A stretch of DNA of 64,000 nucleotides, from the NCBI RefSeq assembly GCF_000143415.4, contig NW_003314274.1:2152623-2216622 (forward strand), written 5' to 3'. The stretch's first letter is position 1; each line of letters begins with the position of its first letter. The DNA is from Selaginella moellendorffii (taxonomy: Eukaryota; Plantae; Lycopodiophyta). Shown here piece after piece: positions 1-12,735 of this stretch. The notes under the pieces are model-generated. The model saw only the letters and a program-made list of their open reading frames with translations. It was not told where the DNA came from and did no database searches. The position numbers and the translations under genes are program-made.

Positions 1-367
1 CCAAACTATGTTTAGCTCTATTTTGCGTGTTGGTCTTAACATTGGGATGCTTGATGCTCTAGGATTGTTCCAAATTGCTCTATGCTTCTGTCCCTTTGCT
101 TCTTGGACTGTTCCAAGTTGCTCTGTGCTCCTATCCTTTTGCTCCTTGGGCTATACATTCGGGAGTCATTCCATGCTCCATCCATGCTTGGGAGTTTGGC
201 ACTATTCTTTTATTCAGTGGCCCAAGGCCCTGAAACTTGGGTTCCACACCACTGTCCTTTGGACATATGGCATGTGACATGTGGCATATGGAGTGTTTTG
301 CTTCCGTTTTGTGGTTATGCTATGGTAAATCACCATAGGATAAAGGGTATAAACCACATGCGCTACA
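1..367 (+). mobile_element. 3' part of LTR family B, inserted into the repeat array of an LTR-A copy
   Basis: Reverse-complement match to 52387-52750; ends ...ccacatgcgctACA at 367, after which LTR-A sequence resumes. Confidence 0.75.
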
Positions 368-1389
368 TTGAGATCAAGACCAATTTTGAGTCTGAGTCTA
401 AATCTGAGTTTGTGTTCAAGTCAAAGTCCTCGGGTGAAAGCCGAAAGTGATTATCTTCCAAACTCTAGGGGTTTTTGTGAGCTCTAAAAGGATAGTAGGA
501 GTGGAACCAGTTTGGTTAGGAAAGGTTAGTGTGATCAAGGAAAGCTATACCCACATAGTGGGTGATGATACAATCAATAAGGAGTCTAAGGTTAAAGTGA
601 ATATGGATAGACAAATAGGGTAATTTAGTGAAGTGTTCAAGAGCTAGCTCTAGCTCTCTTGGGAGATCAAATGGTCACTACTCTTAATCTAAGTATGGGT
701 GGCACTACCTACATAGATATTTGGCATGGCTCATCAGAACCTTGCTCTAGCCACATGGCTAGAGCACCTAAAGGTGGAAAGTGGGGAGAGTACCCATGAG
801 GCTTGTATTGAGCCACAGTGTTTTGAAATGTCACCTAATATCTTGAACTGTGGAAAAGAAAAAAAGTCCTCTTCTTGTGTAGTGACCAAGGATATAATCA
901 CATAGCAAGGAAGTCCCAAAGGTCAATAGGATTTAGTGGTCGAGCCTTTAGGCCCTGACTTAGTAGTGGTGTTAACGAGCATGATTGTGGACAGAAAAAG
1001 ATTTAGTGGGGACTGAAGGAGGGATATTAAGGAAAGATGTTCCCCATGTCTCCAGACATCCTAAAGATGCTAAGGTGTGGTCATGGGATGATTACTCATG
1101 GATAGATGGCTTAGTCTTTAGGAGACAAGACTATGGTATGGGTGGTTTTAGACTACTCATAAGACAAAGATGAATGGACATAACCTTAGCATAACAGCCT
1201 AATATATCAATGGTACCTTTGGGTAATTCTTGGGGGATCAAACACGTGGAGCACTTGGATCAAATGCAAAGGTTGAGGGGTATAGATGCCCTTTACAGGG
1301 GCAGCATATCCCCAGGTCGGGAATAAGACTTATGGAGGTTGTGAATGAGACTCCCCCAAGTTATCAAAGGTGTGGTTAAATCACTTACA
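368..1389 (+). mobile_element. LTR family A copy (3' two-thirds), probable 5' LTR of a degenerate element ending at 7168
   Basis: Colinear with 6055-7168 and 54090-55162; ends cacttACA at 1389; followed by TAGTATAAGAGT, a 9/12 match to the tRNA-iMet PBS TGGTATCAGAGC. Confidence 0.75.
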
Positions 1390-4300
1390 ATTTAGTATAA
1401 GAGTTGTTCCTTAGTTTAATTTTTATTGGTGGTCAAGCATATCACCACTTGATATTTATATCAGAAGGTCCCATGAATGGACCTATCATCAAAGAGTAGT
1501 ATATCAAGAGGGCAGACTCTCCACTTGAGTTCATACGTGAACATATAGTCAATAGAAAGGGGCCAATACGAGAACGACTTTGGGATTTTAAGAATAATAG
1601 AAAGAGTTGAGAATGTGATTTAATAAGTATTTGACTAAGCAAAATAGCTAATGTGGTTGTGGTAAACAATTATACTTGGGATTACAAGAAAGATATAGAT
1701 TTCGAGACAATAAAGAAGTCATAAAATTATCCTTATATAGTTGAAGAACTGTGAGAGGTTAAATACAAATTAGGATATATGTCCTTAAAATGTAACTAGG
1801 GCTACTTTTAATAAAGGTTGGAACAACAGAGGGTGTGCTTAAAGGATGAGTCAGTGTTTTTATCATATGGAAGGATAACTTTAAGGGGCAAAGGTAGCCT
1901 ATGTGAAATAAAGGATAATCAAGTGTCGAAGCATGGTCTTTTTGAATATGACATAAATATACGAAGTTGTATTGTAACGAGGTTGCACCCCAAAAGGAGC
2001 TATGAACTTGGACCTTATGGATCGTCAAATTAGCAATTCCAAAAGCTAGATAACTCTGTGGAGTCAAAGGAATACTCCTAAAGGATTCATAGAAACACAT
2101 TTGGATTGAGGTGTGTTATAATTTACAAAAGATTGGGAGGATCATGAAATTTAAATATAAGAATAATGGGTATTTTATTGATGGTAGAACGTGCCATATT
2201 AAAGTCATAGAAATATATTCATAGAAGAATATAACTTTGGTGAAAAGTTGTGTGAGCACTATATTGTAGTGCTAATCGATAGTTGGCATACAAAATAACT
2301 ACTATTGTCTTGGCAAAGACTTAGACACAAATAAAAAGTGTCGTAAGGGTAGATTTATAGAGATGATGGTGTGAAGACACTAAATGTTCCAAGGTATGAT
2401 GTTTTAATGTCAAGTTGGTTAGTTTATAAGAACCCCTTGTCAAAGGAATCCCAATGGAAATGTGATGGGTACAACCTAAGATGGAAGGTATACAATTTGA
2501 GTGCGTTGACCCAAATAATGATGAAAGTGTGAAAACACCAACAATAAGTTATAAGACTTGATTACTATAAAGCAAATATGCAAAAAGTGTGATTGGATTG
2601 GTGAAAGTTAATTTTTCAAAACTTCTTATTAAGATAAGAAAGTTAAATATATTCTTTGGGGAATAAATTGTTTATTTTGCAAGATAATGAATTAATGTCG
2701 TAAAACGAAATGCTTATTGTTAAAGAAAGGCATCATTGGGACACATAAACACTCTAAAACACCAGGAAATGGTGTTTGATATCATGAGGGCATTAGATAA
2801 AGTCTAAGGGACTAAATCCCTAGTGAAAAATGGATAAAAGGTGTTATTTAATGTCCAAAGTTGCAGAGATATGTATCTGAATTAGACAAAACCAAAATGA
2901 CTTTTGGCAAGACTAGTGATGGGAATACAAAGCCCATGAGTAGCAATGTTAATCCTAGTGTATGAGATTATAAGGTGAGTATATCTATACTGAGGAACCA
3001 CTCCTTGGACCATTAAATAGGTTCATCCTTAATAATACTTGTTAAAGCATAGTAGAAAGTTGAAAACTATCCTCCTAATTTGGAGGAGAATAACCAAAGA
3101 GAACGTTGTAAGCAACCTAAGGGAACGACTCAAAAAACAATCCATAAAGTTCAAATATAAAGAGAAAAACCTATAAACAAGAGTGCACCCTCTTTTCCAA
3201 TTGGTTAATGGTTTTGGCATATTTGAGGTTAAATATCCTTGGGTTTGAATAGTACTGAGCTAGGTGACTTCTCAGGAAGTTCAAATTTACACCACATGCT
3301 AATTGACATCTGGCAGGTCTAGTTTGCTCTAATTGGGCTCGATCCAAGGGGTAGGGTGTCAAGAGAGCAAAGCTCTCGGGAGATTTGTGGCTCTCAGCTT
3401 CTGTTCACGAGGGCGTGAATTTGCAAGGAAGTATAGTAGATTGTAAGCAACCAAAGGGAACGACTCAAGAGACGATCCATAGGGTTCAAATATAAAAGGA
3501 AAGGGCCCATGAATAAGAGTGCACCCCCTTTTCCAATCGGTTAAGGGTTTTGAGATATTTAAGGTTAAACATCTTGGGTTTGAATAGTACTAGGTTGGGT
3601 GACATCTTAGGAAGTCCAAATCTAGAAGCTTACAAATGTGTAGGGTTGAAAGTAAATAGTGAAAGGATAAAACCAAATCATAGGAATCAAAGGGTATTAC
3701 CAAAGGTGGTTATACTGGAGAATTAAATGGGTGCTCGAAGGTGTTGTTATTGGCAATCATAGTGTCATAATGAGCCTTAAGCATAGAATTATTTCAGCAA
3801 ACTAAGGGACAGAGTCCCTTCAATGTTTTCAATGACAATTTTAGGTAGGTTAGTATCTAGAAAGCCATATAGAAATACACAAAATTAGAGTAGTGTAGCA
3901 AAAATGTGGTCTTGAAACTTACCATAGGGTGAGGTTATCATGGTTGCTGAATGTTCAAAGAAATGGCTTTGAACTAAAGTTGATGTTTGAGGACTTTTAC
4001 GCTTATACATAGAACTATGTTATACTGGTCAAATGACTTGCTAAACGAGAATGGCAAGTTGGAGGTACAAGGACCCTCATTGAAAGTGTTAACTTTAAAA
4101 AGGGTGGCCCACGGGGCCAAGCATGGAGGAGTCCATGCATGATTATAGGTTAAATGAAAGGACTAGAAAGCTTGGAGAAACTAAGTTTCTAAGTTATGAT
4201 CTATAGTGTATTTTGGGTATAAGTTGGTGCACCAGTGTGGGGGAGTCACACTAGGCATCATAGATGGTATTACTTGTAGATGCATATGCAAAGGTTGGGT

Positions 4301-5735
4301 TTGAGTCCCAACCCTCTAATGCTTGGGTTCTAGTCCCAACTCACTAGGGCATAGTGATGGTTTAGAATATGAGGACACTCATTTTTCGATGGTCATGGGC
4401 TCTTAATAAGAAGGCTGGCTTTGGCATACCACCAAGCAAAGGATGCCCCAGATTTGTGATGCATTATTAAATTACTTAGTGTGAAAGTTTGGTATATCTA
4501 ATTTGAACACTTTGGTGCAAATGGCATCAAGGACATGGTGAATGAGATGGGGATACTTAGTCGCAGTTACTATGGACCTTTTGCTGAAAAGGTTGGATCA
4601 AGCATACTGCCAAGTGTGGGGGATGCCCCTAGGGTTGTGATCAACAATTTAGAAGTCTAGTGGATCTAATATCTATTGGTAAACCCTATTAGGCTATTCT
4701 TGTGGGATCATTAGGTGATTCTATAGCTGATAGTTAAAGATAAGTTCCTTGGTGGGCTAAGTTCAAAGTAGTGATTTGAATAAATGGTATAGTGTGATTT
4801 GGTTAATTTGACCGACTGGGAAGGACACCTAAGAGAAATGGGTATAGTATTGAAAGTCCAAGAAAAGTAGTATCTAAGGAAGGACCCAAAGGAGGGTCAC
4901 AAGATTGGGTTAAGAATAGAGCCCACAGTAGAAAATGCTTAAAAGACTTATTAGAAACACCCTCTAAATTTAATAAAATAGAACATTTACTATACAACTA
5001 AAAGGATACCTCAAGGATGGAAGTAGTAATTTTATATTGCTTAATGCAACACCCAAAAAATAGGAGTGAAAGAATAATGGTTGAGAAAGGGCTTTAAAAA
5101 TCTAGATTATAAGTTAGGCAAGAAACCACCATATAGTGGATGCTAACAGATTGTAGAAAAGGAAATATGTTTTTAAGGATGAATTTCTCATATACTCTAG
5201 CATAGCAAAGGTGAAAGCTCTAAGAGATGGAGTAGCAAGATAGCCAAATAATTAGGTTATGAACAACTCTATCATAAATCATGAATAAGTGGAACTTAAT
5301 GCTTAGAGTGGTATGGAATAAAAAAGAGGATGATAGTGCCCTCAAGTGAAAAACTTCCTAAGATGGGGAAACAAAATTTGCACAATATGTGTAATGCAAG
5401 GTGTCAGAGACACCAAGGAAAGTGCCTTGAGAAATCAATATCAAAGTTCCAAAGTATGATAGTTATATTGATAGAGGCTAAGACTACTTCAGAATGAATA
5501 GTAAAATTGAGATAAAGAAGCTAAAGAAAAAAAAGGAAGAAAAGCAATATAAGTGATTTTATAAGTCTCTAAAATAGAGAGACTATTGGTAAGGTATGGT
5601 ATGTCTTCGATATTGAACCATTGATGAATATTAGCTTGGTGCTAAAGATGAAAATGGTAATCCATAATGGGGTTACTTCATAAAATGGTTTATCATTCGA
5701 TAAAGATATTGAATTTCATCTATGGGTGGTGAAAT
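1390..5735. pseudogene. Decayed internal region of the LTR-A element, with minus-strand Helitron-like Rep/PIF1 helicase remnants and plus-strand pol/chromodomain scraps
   Basis: No intact ORF. Minus-strand fragments occur in PIF1/Rep order (GLP, IWG..AWWY, PHI..HHYAL, LFG..Q, HWDSF..YKLT, IPL...TIHKVQ). Plus strand shows YK.G....VDA (~5105-5145) and YFIKW (~5675). PPT-like GGGTGGTGAAA lies before 5736. Read by eye across frameshifts. Confidence 0.4.
3107..3622 (+). repeat. Diverged direct duplication of about 180 bp (3107-3290 and 3443-3622)
   Basis: Both copies read gtaagcaacc..gggaacgactcaa...aagagtgcaccc...gggtttgaatagtact...ggaagt.caaat. Confidence 0.85.
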
Positions 5736-7168
5736 TTTGAGACACAAATCCTTAAGCCCCAAATTGGAGCCAAAAGTGTGCTATATGACAATGGTTGAAA
5801 TAGAAGTTCAATAACCATAACACATTGGGACCAAAAGCTCCAATCCGGAAAGTCAGGAGCGGGAGTGGAACTCCAAACAAAAGGCTCAAGGAATGAGCAC
5901 GAAATAATTGATGAATAAGTCTCTAGAAAGGGAAACAAGAAGAACTAACATATAGTAGGTGTCATGACATATGGAAGTGTCAGAGTCCGAGATGGTGTTT
6001 GAGATGGAGTCCGAGAAAGAGTCCGAGATGGAGTTTGAGATGGAGCCCAAGGTCAAGATCGAGACCAAGACTAAGATTGAGACTGAGAACGATTTCAAGT
6101 TCGAGTCTAAGTCTAAGTCTACAACTGAGTCTGAATCTGTATCCAAGTCTAAGTTTGAGTCCGAGTCTGAGTCCTAGGGTGAAAGCCCAAAGTGATCATC
6201 TCCCAGACCCTAGGGGGTTTAGTGAACTTCAAAAAGATAATAGGAGGGAGGACTCTAGTAGAACCAATTTGGCCAGGAAAGGCTAATGTGACCAAAGAAG
6301 GTTATACCTACATGGTGGGTGATGATATAACCATTAAAGAGTCTAAAGTTAGAGTAATCATGAATGGACAAATGGGGTAACTTGGTGAAGTGTTCAAGAG
6401 TCAGCTCTAGCTCCCCTGAGAGAATAAATGGTTAATGCTCTTAATCCAAGTGTAGGTGGCACTATCTACTTAGATACTTAGCATGGTTTATTAGAACCTC
6501 GCTTTAACCACATAGCTAAGGCACCTAAAAACAAAAGGTGGAAAGTACATATAAGGCTTGCGTTAGGCTGCAGTATTTCGAAATGTTATTTGAAATTTTC
6601 GGACTATGAAAAAGAAGAGGAACAATCCTCTTGTGTAGTAACCAAGGATACAATCATGTGGCAAGGAAGTATTAGATGTCAATAGGATTTAGTAGTCAGA
6701 TTTTCAAGCCTTGACTCAGTAATGGTGTTGGTGAACACAATTGTGGATGGAAAGGGACTTAGTGAGGACAAAAGGAGGGATATTAGGGAAAGATATTCCC
6801 CATGTCTCTAAGCATCCTAAAGATGCTAAGGTGTGGTCATGGGATGACTACTCATGGACAAATGACCCAATTTTTGGGAAACAAGACTATGGTATGAGTG
6901 GTTTTAGACTACTTATGAGATAAAGGTGAATGGATATAACCTTGGTGTAACAAGCTGACATATCAATGGTACCTTTAAGTGTCTATTGAGGGATTAGACA
7001 TGTGAAGAACTTAGATCAAGTGCAAAGGTTAAGGGGCATAAATGCCATTCACAAAGGTAGTATATCCCCAAGTTGGGAATAAAACTTATAAAGGTTGTAA
7101 GTGAGACTTTAAGTGGTTAAAGATGTGGTTAAGTGACTAAAGTAGAATGGAGAATTTAGTCACTTACA
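5736..7168 (+). mobile_element. LTR family A copy (probable 3' LTR), about 1.43 kb
   Basis: Starts t(t)TGAGACAC, ends cacttACA; full-length similarity to 53431-55162; contains the GAGTCCGAGATG/GAGACC array at ~5980-6172. Confidence 0.8.
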
Positions 7169-7379
7169 CCTATATCAACCAATACAGAAAGAATAATAAA
7201 AGACCTCTTGTTGTAAAAATGAGCTTAGAAAGTGAATATTAAATGAACTAATGCTAAATGAACCCCTTAATGATACTCTCAACAGAAAGATAGAGGGGCC
7301 ACTGACTTATTCGCGTAAAAACCTTTTATTACTCGTGTGACTCCTCATTCCCTAAAAGCATCTTAATGTCTAGAGCTTC

Positions 7380-8300
7380 CATTGCATCAACACCAATAGA
7401 ACGTTATTGACACCAAGGTCTCCACCCAAGAAATAGAGGTTGCCAATTTGGAAAATATCGACAATGCCAATAAGTGTGACTAACTTCATTATACGCCCAA
7501 CAATAGATATCATAACCACGACCATATCTTCACATTTGTCCTTGAACTTGGGCAACAATAACATCAACCTCCATTAGAATAGGACTATCTCCCATAGAAA
7601 GTGGAGTTAAAGGACGTGTAGTGAGAAGTGAAAGAAGTGACATCTTATAATATTATGCCAAGCAAAGATCATTCTCAAGAGTGGCTAGAGCAAGTGTATG
7701 CACAAATCCTACAAGATCTTAATGAAGTATTGGGTATAACATTTTAAACTTCATCCGCTCCGACATATTTGACTCTATACGAAGTAAGAGGCTTTGGAAA
7801 TAAATGCCAAATTGCATCACTGACTCAAATGGCCTTTAATGAAGATGATGCAATTATTAAAAGGTATTATCATAATCATTGATATGTCTAAATGTGCATT
7901 TGAAGATATATGAGAGAATGCTCCAATTAGCACAAGTGGCTACACTCAAACCATTGTACCACTATAACCCTGTCCCTTGGAGACACATGGGAAATTCATG
8001 CAAATGCTGAGCATTATTATAAAAATGATATGTGGCAGTCATTGTAAAATAATCGAGCCAATAGGAATATCATCTCTAAGATTCCCACAGAAGAACTCCA
8101 GCCGAACATAAGGATTAGTAGCAACAACAGAAGGAGGTATATTACACATTGTGAATGCCATCATTAATTGAGTTTGATTATTCAACTACAACCATATAGC
8201 ATTTAGCAATTGTACCAACTATTGTTCCAAAGTCAAAGGAGGAGGAGGCTATTACTATGCCATGAAGATGAATGAAAAGGAAAAAGCAAAAGAGAAAAAA
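7380..8300 (-). pseudogene. Degenerate Ty3/gypsy gag remnant
   Basis: Minus strand reads SPILMEVD...CWAYNEVSHTYWHC (decayed PM(D/E) motif plus CX2CX4HX4C zinc knuckle) around 7460-7590; many stops. Confidence 0.5.
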
Positions 8301-8736
8301 ATGAAAAAGCTACAAGGAAAGGGAGATCAAATAGAACATAATATTTTCTTTTGATTATTAGTTGATCCCATCACTTTTGTGAGTTTGTGACTAAAAAGTC
8401 ATGTTGATGTTATAACAGATAAGCATGCTATTAAATCCTTACCATTTAATGCACTAATTACTTTCTAGAGAATCATCAAAAGCTAGATTTAAACCAAAAT
8501 CCTAAATTGAAGCATTCCTTAGGGACAATCAAAGCTACCCTTCATCTCACCAATATGAGTGTATGGAATATGGAAATGGAATATAGAAATGTGTATATTA
8601 ATTAGCCCAAAAACCTTAATTTATATAAAGTAGCAAGTGGTCTGGATTGAAACCAATGCAATGGCTATCATATTAATATATTACATCATAGCATTATACT
8701 TGGACCTCACATACACACACAGATTTATATATAAAT

Positions 8737-9088
8737 CACTATTATGCTAAAATAGTGCCAGACTCTATTTGGCTTTGTTTTACATGCTGGTCATAGTATT
8801 GGGATGTGCAAAGTTCTAAAACTATTTCCAAGTCACTCTGTACTCTTATCCCTTCACTCGGGTTGAATGCTTGAGAGTTGTTCTATGCTCCGGTTCCTTT
8901 GGTCCTTAGTTGCAAATTTAGGAGTTTGGCTCTATTCTTTCATTTAATGGCCCAAGGTTTTGAAATTCAGGTTCCACTCCGTTATCCTTGGCATATGATA
9001 TGTGACATATGGAGGGTTTAGGTTCCACTTTATGGTTATCTTATAGTAAATCACTATAGGATAAAGGGTGAAACCCACATGCACTATA
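8737..9088 (+). mobile_element. LTR family B fragment (3' end)
   Basis: Matches 1-367 and the reverse complement of 52387-52765. Confidence 0.7.
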
Positions 9089-9405
9089 TTTAGTATCGGA
9101 GCAAATAGCACGGGTTCAATTCTCATTGATTAATGGCTACTTAAAATATAATATACTCTTGAGTAAAGTATATTCTTACCCCTAAACTTTAGAGTACATC
9201 TTGTATCTTGTAGAGCATCCACAAACAAAGGTATCTATCGTGGAACTATAGTATGGGTGGATAATTAATTGCTTCAAATGGAATAATTTGTCTATATAAT
9301 GAAAGGATTAGTAGATTCAGTGTGGAAATGGAGGTGATAGTTCCTCTTGGCTCAGTAGGGGTTGTTAGTCAATAGTCAATGAAGACATCGAAGTGGGTCA
9401 GGAGG

Positions 9406-9505
9406 NNNNNNNNNNNNNNNNNNNNNNNNNNNNNNNNNNNNNNNNNNNNNNNNNNNNNNNNNNNNNNNNNNNNNNNNNNNNNNNNNNNNNNNNNNNNNNN
9501 NNNNN
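9406..9505. other. Assembly gap (100 N)
   Basis: Run of N. Confidence 1.
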
Positions 9506-9780
9506 TATCGGCTAATCCTTTAGGATATTCTTTTCTTACTATCACAATGGCAGGAGGTTAGTATTGTTGGACCCTTTATTAGTCTCTGCTTAAGCTAGTT
9601 GAGAAATTAGTCTTCATGTGTGCATTTGACCAGATGAGCATAAAGATAGAATTCTTAAGTGTTATTAGTTAAGCATACTTGACCTAGTTAGAGAAACTCA
9701 TTTGTTGACTTGCACTTACTAGTGTTAGAAACCCCCGCGATATTAAGTTTAGTCCCTCAATATTCACTAAATGATAACTT
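9506..9780 (+). mobile_element. LTR family B fragment (5' region, uninterrupted by LTR-A)
   Basis: Matches the reverse complement of 55168-55223 joined directly to 53220-53430. Confidence 0.75.
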
Positions 9781-11838
9781 ATTGTGTTTGCAGTTTACTT
9801 TGAGATCGAGGTATTCGGGAAAGGATCGCACTGGGGAGAATTTATTACAAATAATAATTTAGTTAGTTTTCAATTTGGCAATCTTATTTTTTATTTATAT
9901 TTTAAAAAAATTATTCATGCTGCCTTTCTCAAGTTCCAATTTCCAAACCCATGGAATCTGAAATGGCTGAAAAGGTGGCATTCTCCGGAACTCGGGGAGA
10001 AAGATAGAGTGTATTATACGTTTTTATTTTGTGAAACTGCAAGTGCTACATCCAATATATGAACATGAGGGTGAGCATAATGATAAGGACAACACTACCA
10101 GAAGTGGTATGCATCACCAGAATATATGTAGAGGTGGTTCTTGATTTGGTATTGTCATTCAACCTTGGAAAAATGTTGCCAACATGTGGCTCTAATATCA
10201 ATTGGAACTATGCCTTACTTATATATTGGTTGCTCCAAGACTAAAGCCGTTGGATGAGGAATAAAGGTTTGATAATGATGCTCTATTTATCGTTCTTGCA
10301 GTCAATTATCACAACAAATAGCAAAATCAATAGCAGTTGTGAAAGATGTTGAATTTAGATAAGAAAGCATGAAATTTTTAACATTGTCATGAAAGCCAAG
10401 GTGAAAATATTCCTTGAAGTTTATATCATCCTATGAGATATCAATTGCAATTATCTAGAATTTATAATCAACCAAAGAAAATATGAGTTCCATAAAAATA
10501 GTGAAGCTAAGGACTCAATCTTAAAAGAATTCTTAAGGAGGCTTCCAAATTATATTGTTGGAGGTTAGTAGTCTTAAATGGGAGTAAGCATGGATATAAA
10601 GGATGTCAAGGAGACCTTTCAAGGAAGTTCTTTAAGTGTAACTCTTACTCCTTCCTAAAGAGTTGAGCCTTCCTTTCAAGGTAGAGGTGGGGGATTGAAG
10701 TACCTATATTGGGCCATTAATCCATAATATTTCCCCTCCATTGTGGTTCAAATATAGATAGAAAGTGCTTATAAATAATATAACTTTTGCAAAGTATAAA
10801 ACATTTGTTTGTAGTTGAAAAAGAAGATTTGGGGAAACCATCAAAAGTTTAAACTATTAGGAGCTTATCATCAAGAGAAGGGGAGATGATGAAACTACTA
10901 AAATATTAAATAATGGAAAAGAAAGGATTTATGTTAAACACTCTGAATCAATAAAATTTTAGGCTTTAGAAATTAATCTAATCCAACCCTTAGCTAATTC
11001 AAAAACCTAGATCCATACTAATCTTAGATGCCCAAATAGATTTTGAGTTCAAATCCCATAACTAGAGGTTTTGGGGTTTGATTGTTGCCCCGACTAAATA
11101 TAATCTTCAATGAATACATAGAGATGACAAATATGTGATAGTTTAAGCATTTATCATGTGGTGAGAAAATATGGAAAAAGATATATAGCCAAAGATGAGT
11201 TATTGCTATTGCAATTATGCAAGTTTATTATTCCTATTTACTTAATTTATGGATAATAATTGATAAAGATACCAATAGAGTATATGAGTGTTATATATAT
11301 GTGATTATGGAATACCATTTAGAAACTCTTGTAAATACATTTAGCATTCCATCATTGTGAAAAGATCAAACCAATAAATAATTCAGATGTAAAAACATCT
11401 GGTATATGAAATTTTTTTATGACTTATAAATATATTTTTATAGATGTGTGTTGCTTTAATAATCAAGATGTAAAACAATTACTGTTGATAACAGAAAAAA
11501 ACACAGAAGTAAAAACAAGAAGCTCAATCTATAAAATAAACATAAAAAATCTTAAACTATTCTGCACAAAATTGACAGTGAGTGGTTTAGATTGAATTTA
11601 ATCTGATGGCTGCTAAAATTAATTAATTTAACTAATTTAATGCCTAATATCAATTTTTAATTCATATACTGTCTGCATTATAAATAAAAAATATTTAAAA
11701 TAGTTTTAAATATATAAAAATAAATTTTATTATTATTTAATTAATAAAGTAAAAACTTTAATATTTTATAATAATTTATTTTAATTTTATAAAATTTACT
11801 ATTTATTATTCATAAATATTTTCTTTAATAGAATTAAA

Positions 11839-12735
11839 ATGAGGATTAAACTTTTTATATTTTTAGTTTTAATTTTGATTTACTTAGCTTCATATATTAC
11901 ATGTGTTAAAAAGATTTATGAAGGATATAGAGAAGCAATCACAAAAGAATATAGACAAAATGTTATAATACCAATAATGAAAGAGCTTATTCAAGAAATT
12001 GGAAAAAGAAAAGAAATTTTTCTAGGATTTTCATTTTCAAAAGTTATACATGATGAGCACCAAAGTTTAATTGTTACAGTAACTGCTTTTGATATACAAC
12101 AAAATTATAAATATTATTTGATGCTTTGTAGTGTTATCCCAATTTTTTATATACCTAATTCAGGAAAATTTTTAGAAGATAATTTTAATTTTATACTAAT
12201 GAATTATATTATAAATGATTTTACAACTTATAGCTCTGTTGAATACACTATCATGCGATATTCATTATCATATACTTTAGATTATAAATCTGATACTGAT
12301 AAAAATATTTTACATTATCATAGCTTTCTTAATTATAAATATTTTGGTTTATCAGATTGTAATATTTACAAAACTTGCATTAAAAGTGGACCACATTATT
12401 CTTTTTTTTCAAGCCTTCAATCTGGTGAATTTCTCCAATCTCCAAATATGGTTTATAGTTTGATTATGCAACTTGATTGCAATTTGGTACTATATTTTAA
12501 ACAAAATAAAATTTGGGATACTAAAACTAATGGGAAAGGTACTAATTGTTTTCTTAGGATGCAAAAAGATGGAAATTTAGTTTTATATGATAAGAATTAT
12601 ATGGTTATATGGTCTTATAACTTATATTGGAAAAATATTTGGGTGACATTTTCATTGTGTGTAGTAAACGATGGTTATATAATTGTTTATGATACAAAAA
12701 CACAAAAATCTATATGGAAATCTAAGAGAAACTAA
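11839..12735 (+). CDS. Secreted protein with C-terminal bulb-type (GNA/B-type) mannose-binding lectin domain
   Basis: Intronless 298-aa ORF; hydrophobic N-terminal signal peptide; two intact QxDxNxVxY motifs (QLDCNLVLY, QKDGNLVLY) and a degenerate third; extremely AT-rich. Confidence 0.8.
   Translation: MRIKLFIFLVLILIYLASYITCVKKIYEGYREAITKEYRQNVIIPIMKELIQEIGKRKEIFLGFSFSKVIHDEHQSLIVTVTAFDIQQNYKYYLMLCSVIPIFYIPNSGKFLEDNFNFILMNYIINDFTTYSSVEYTIMRYSLSYTLDYKSDTDKNILHYHSFLNYKYFGLSDCNIYKTCIKSGPHYSFFSSLQSGEFLQSPNMVYSLIMQLDCNLVLYFKQNKIWDTKTNGKGTNCFLRMQKDGNLVLYDKNYMVIWSYNLYWKNIWVTFSLCVVNDGYIIVYDTKTQKSIWKSKRN

Noticed and set aside
10030-11100. Possible LINE/MULE zinc-finger remnant and SINE B-box (gagttcaaatccc ~11045)
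   Set aside because: Too degraded to assign by eye.
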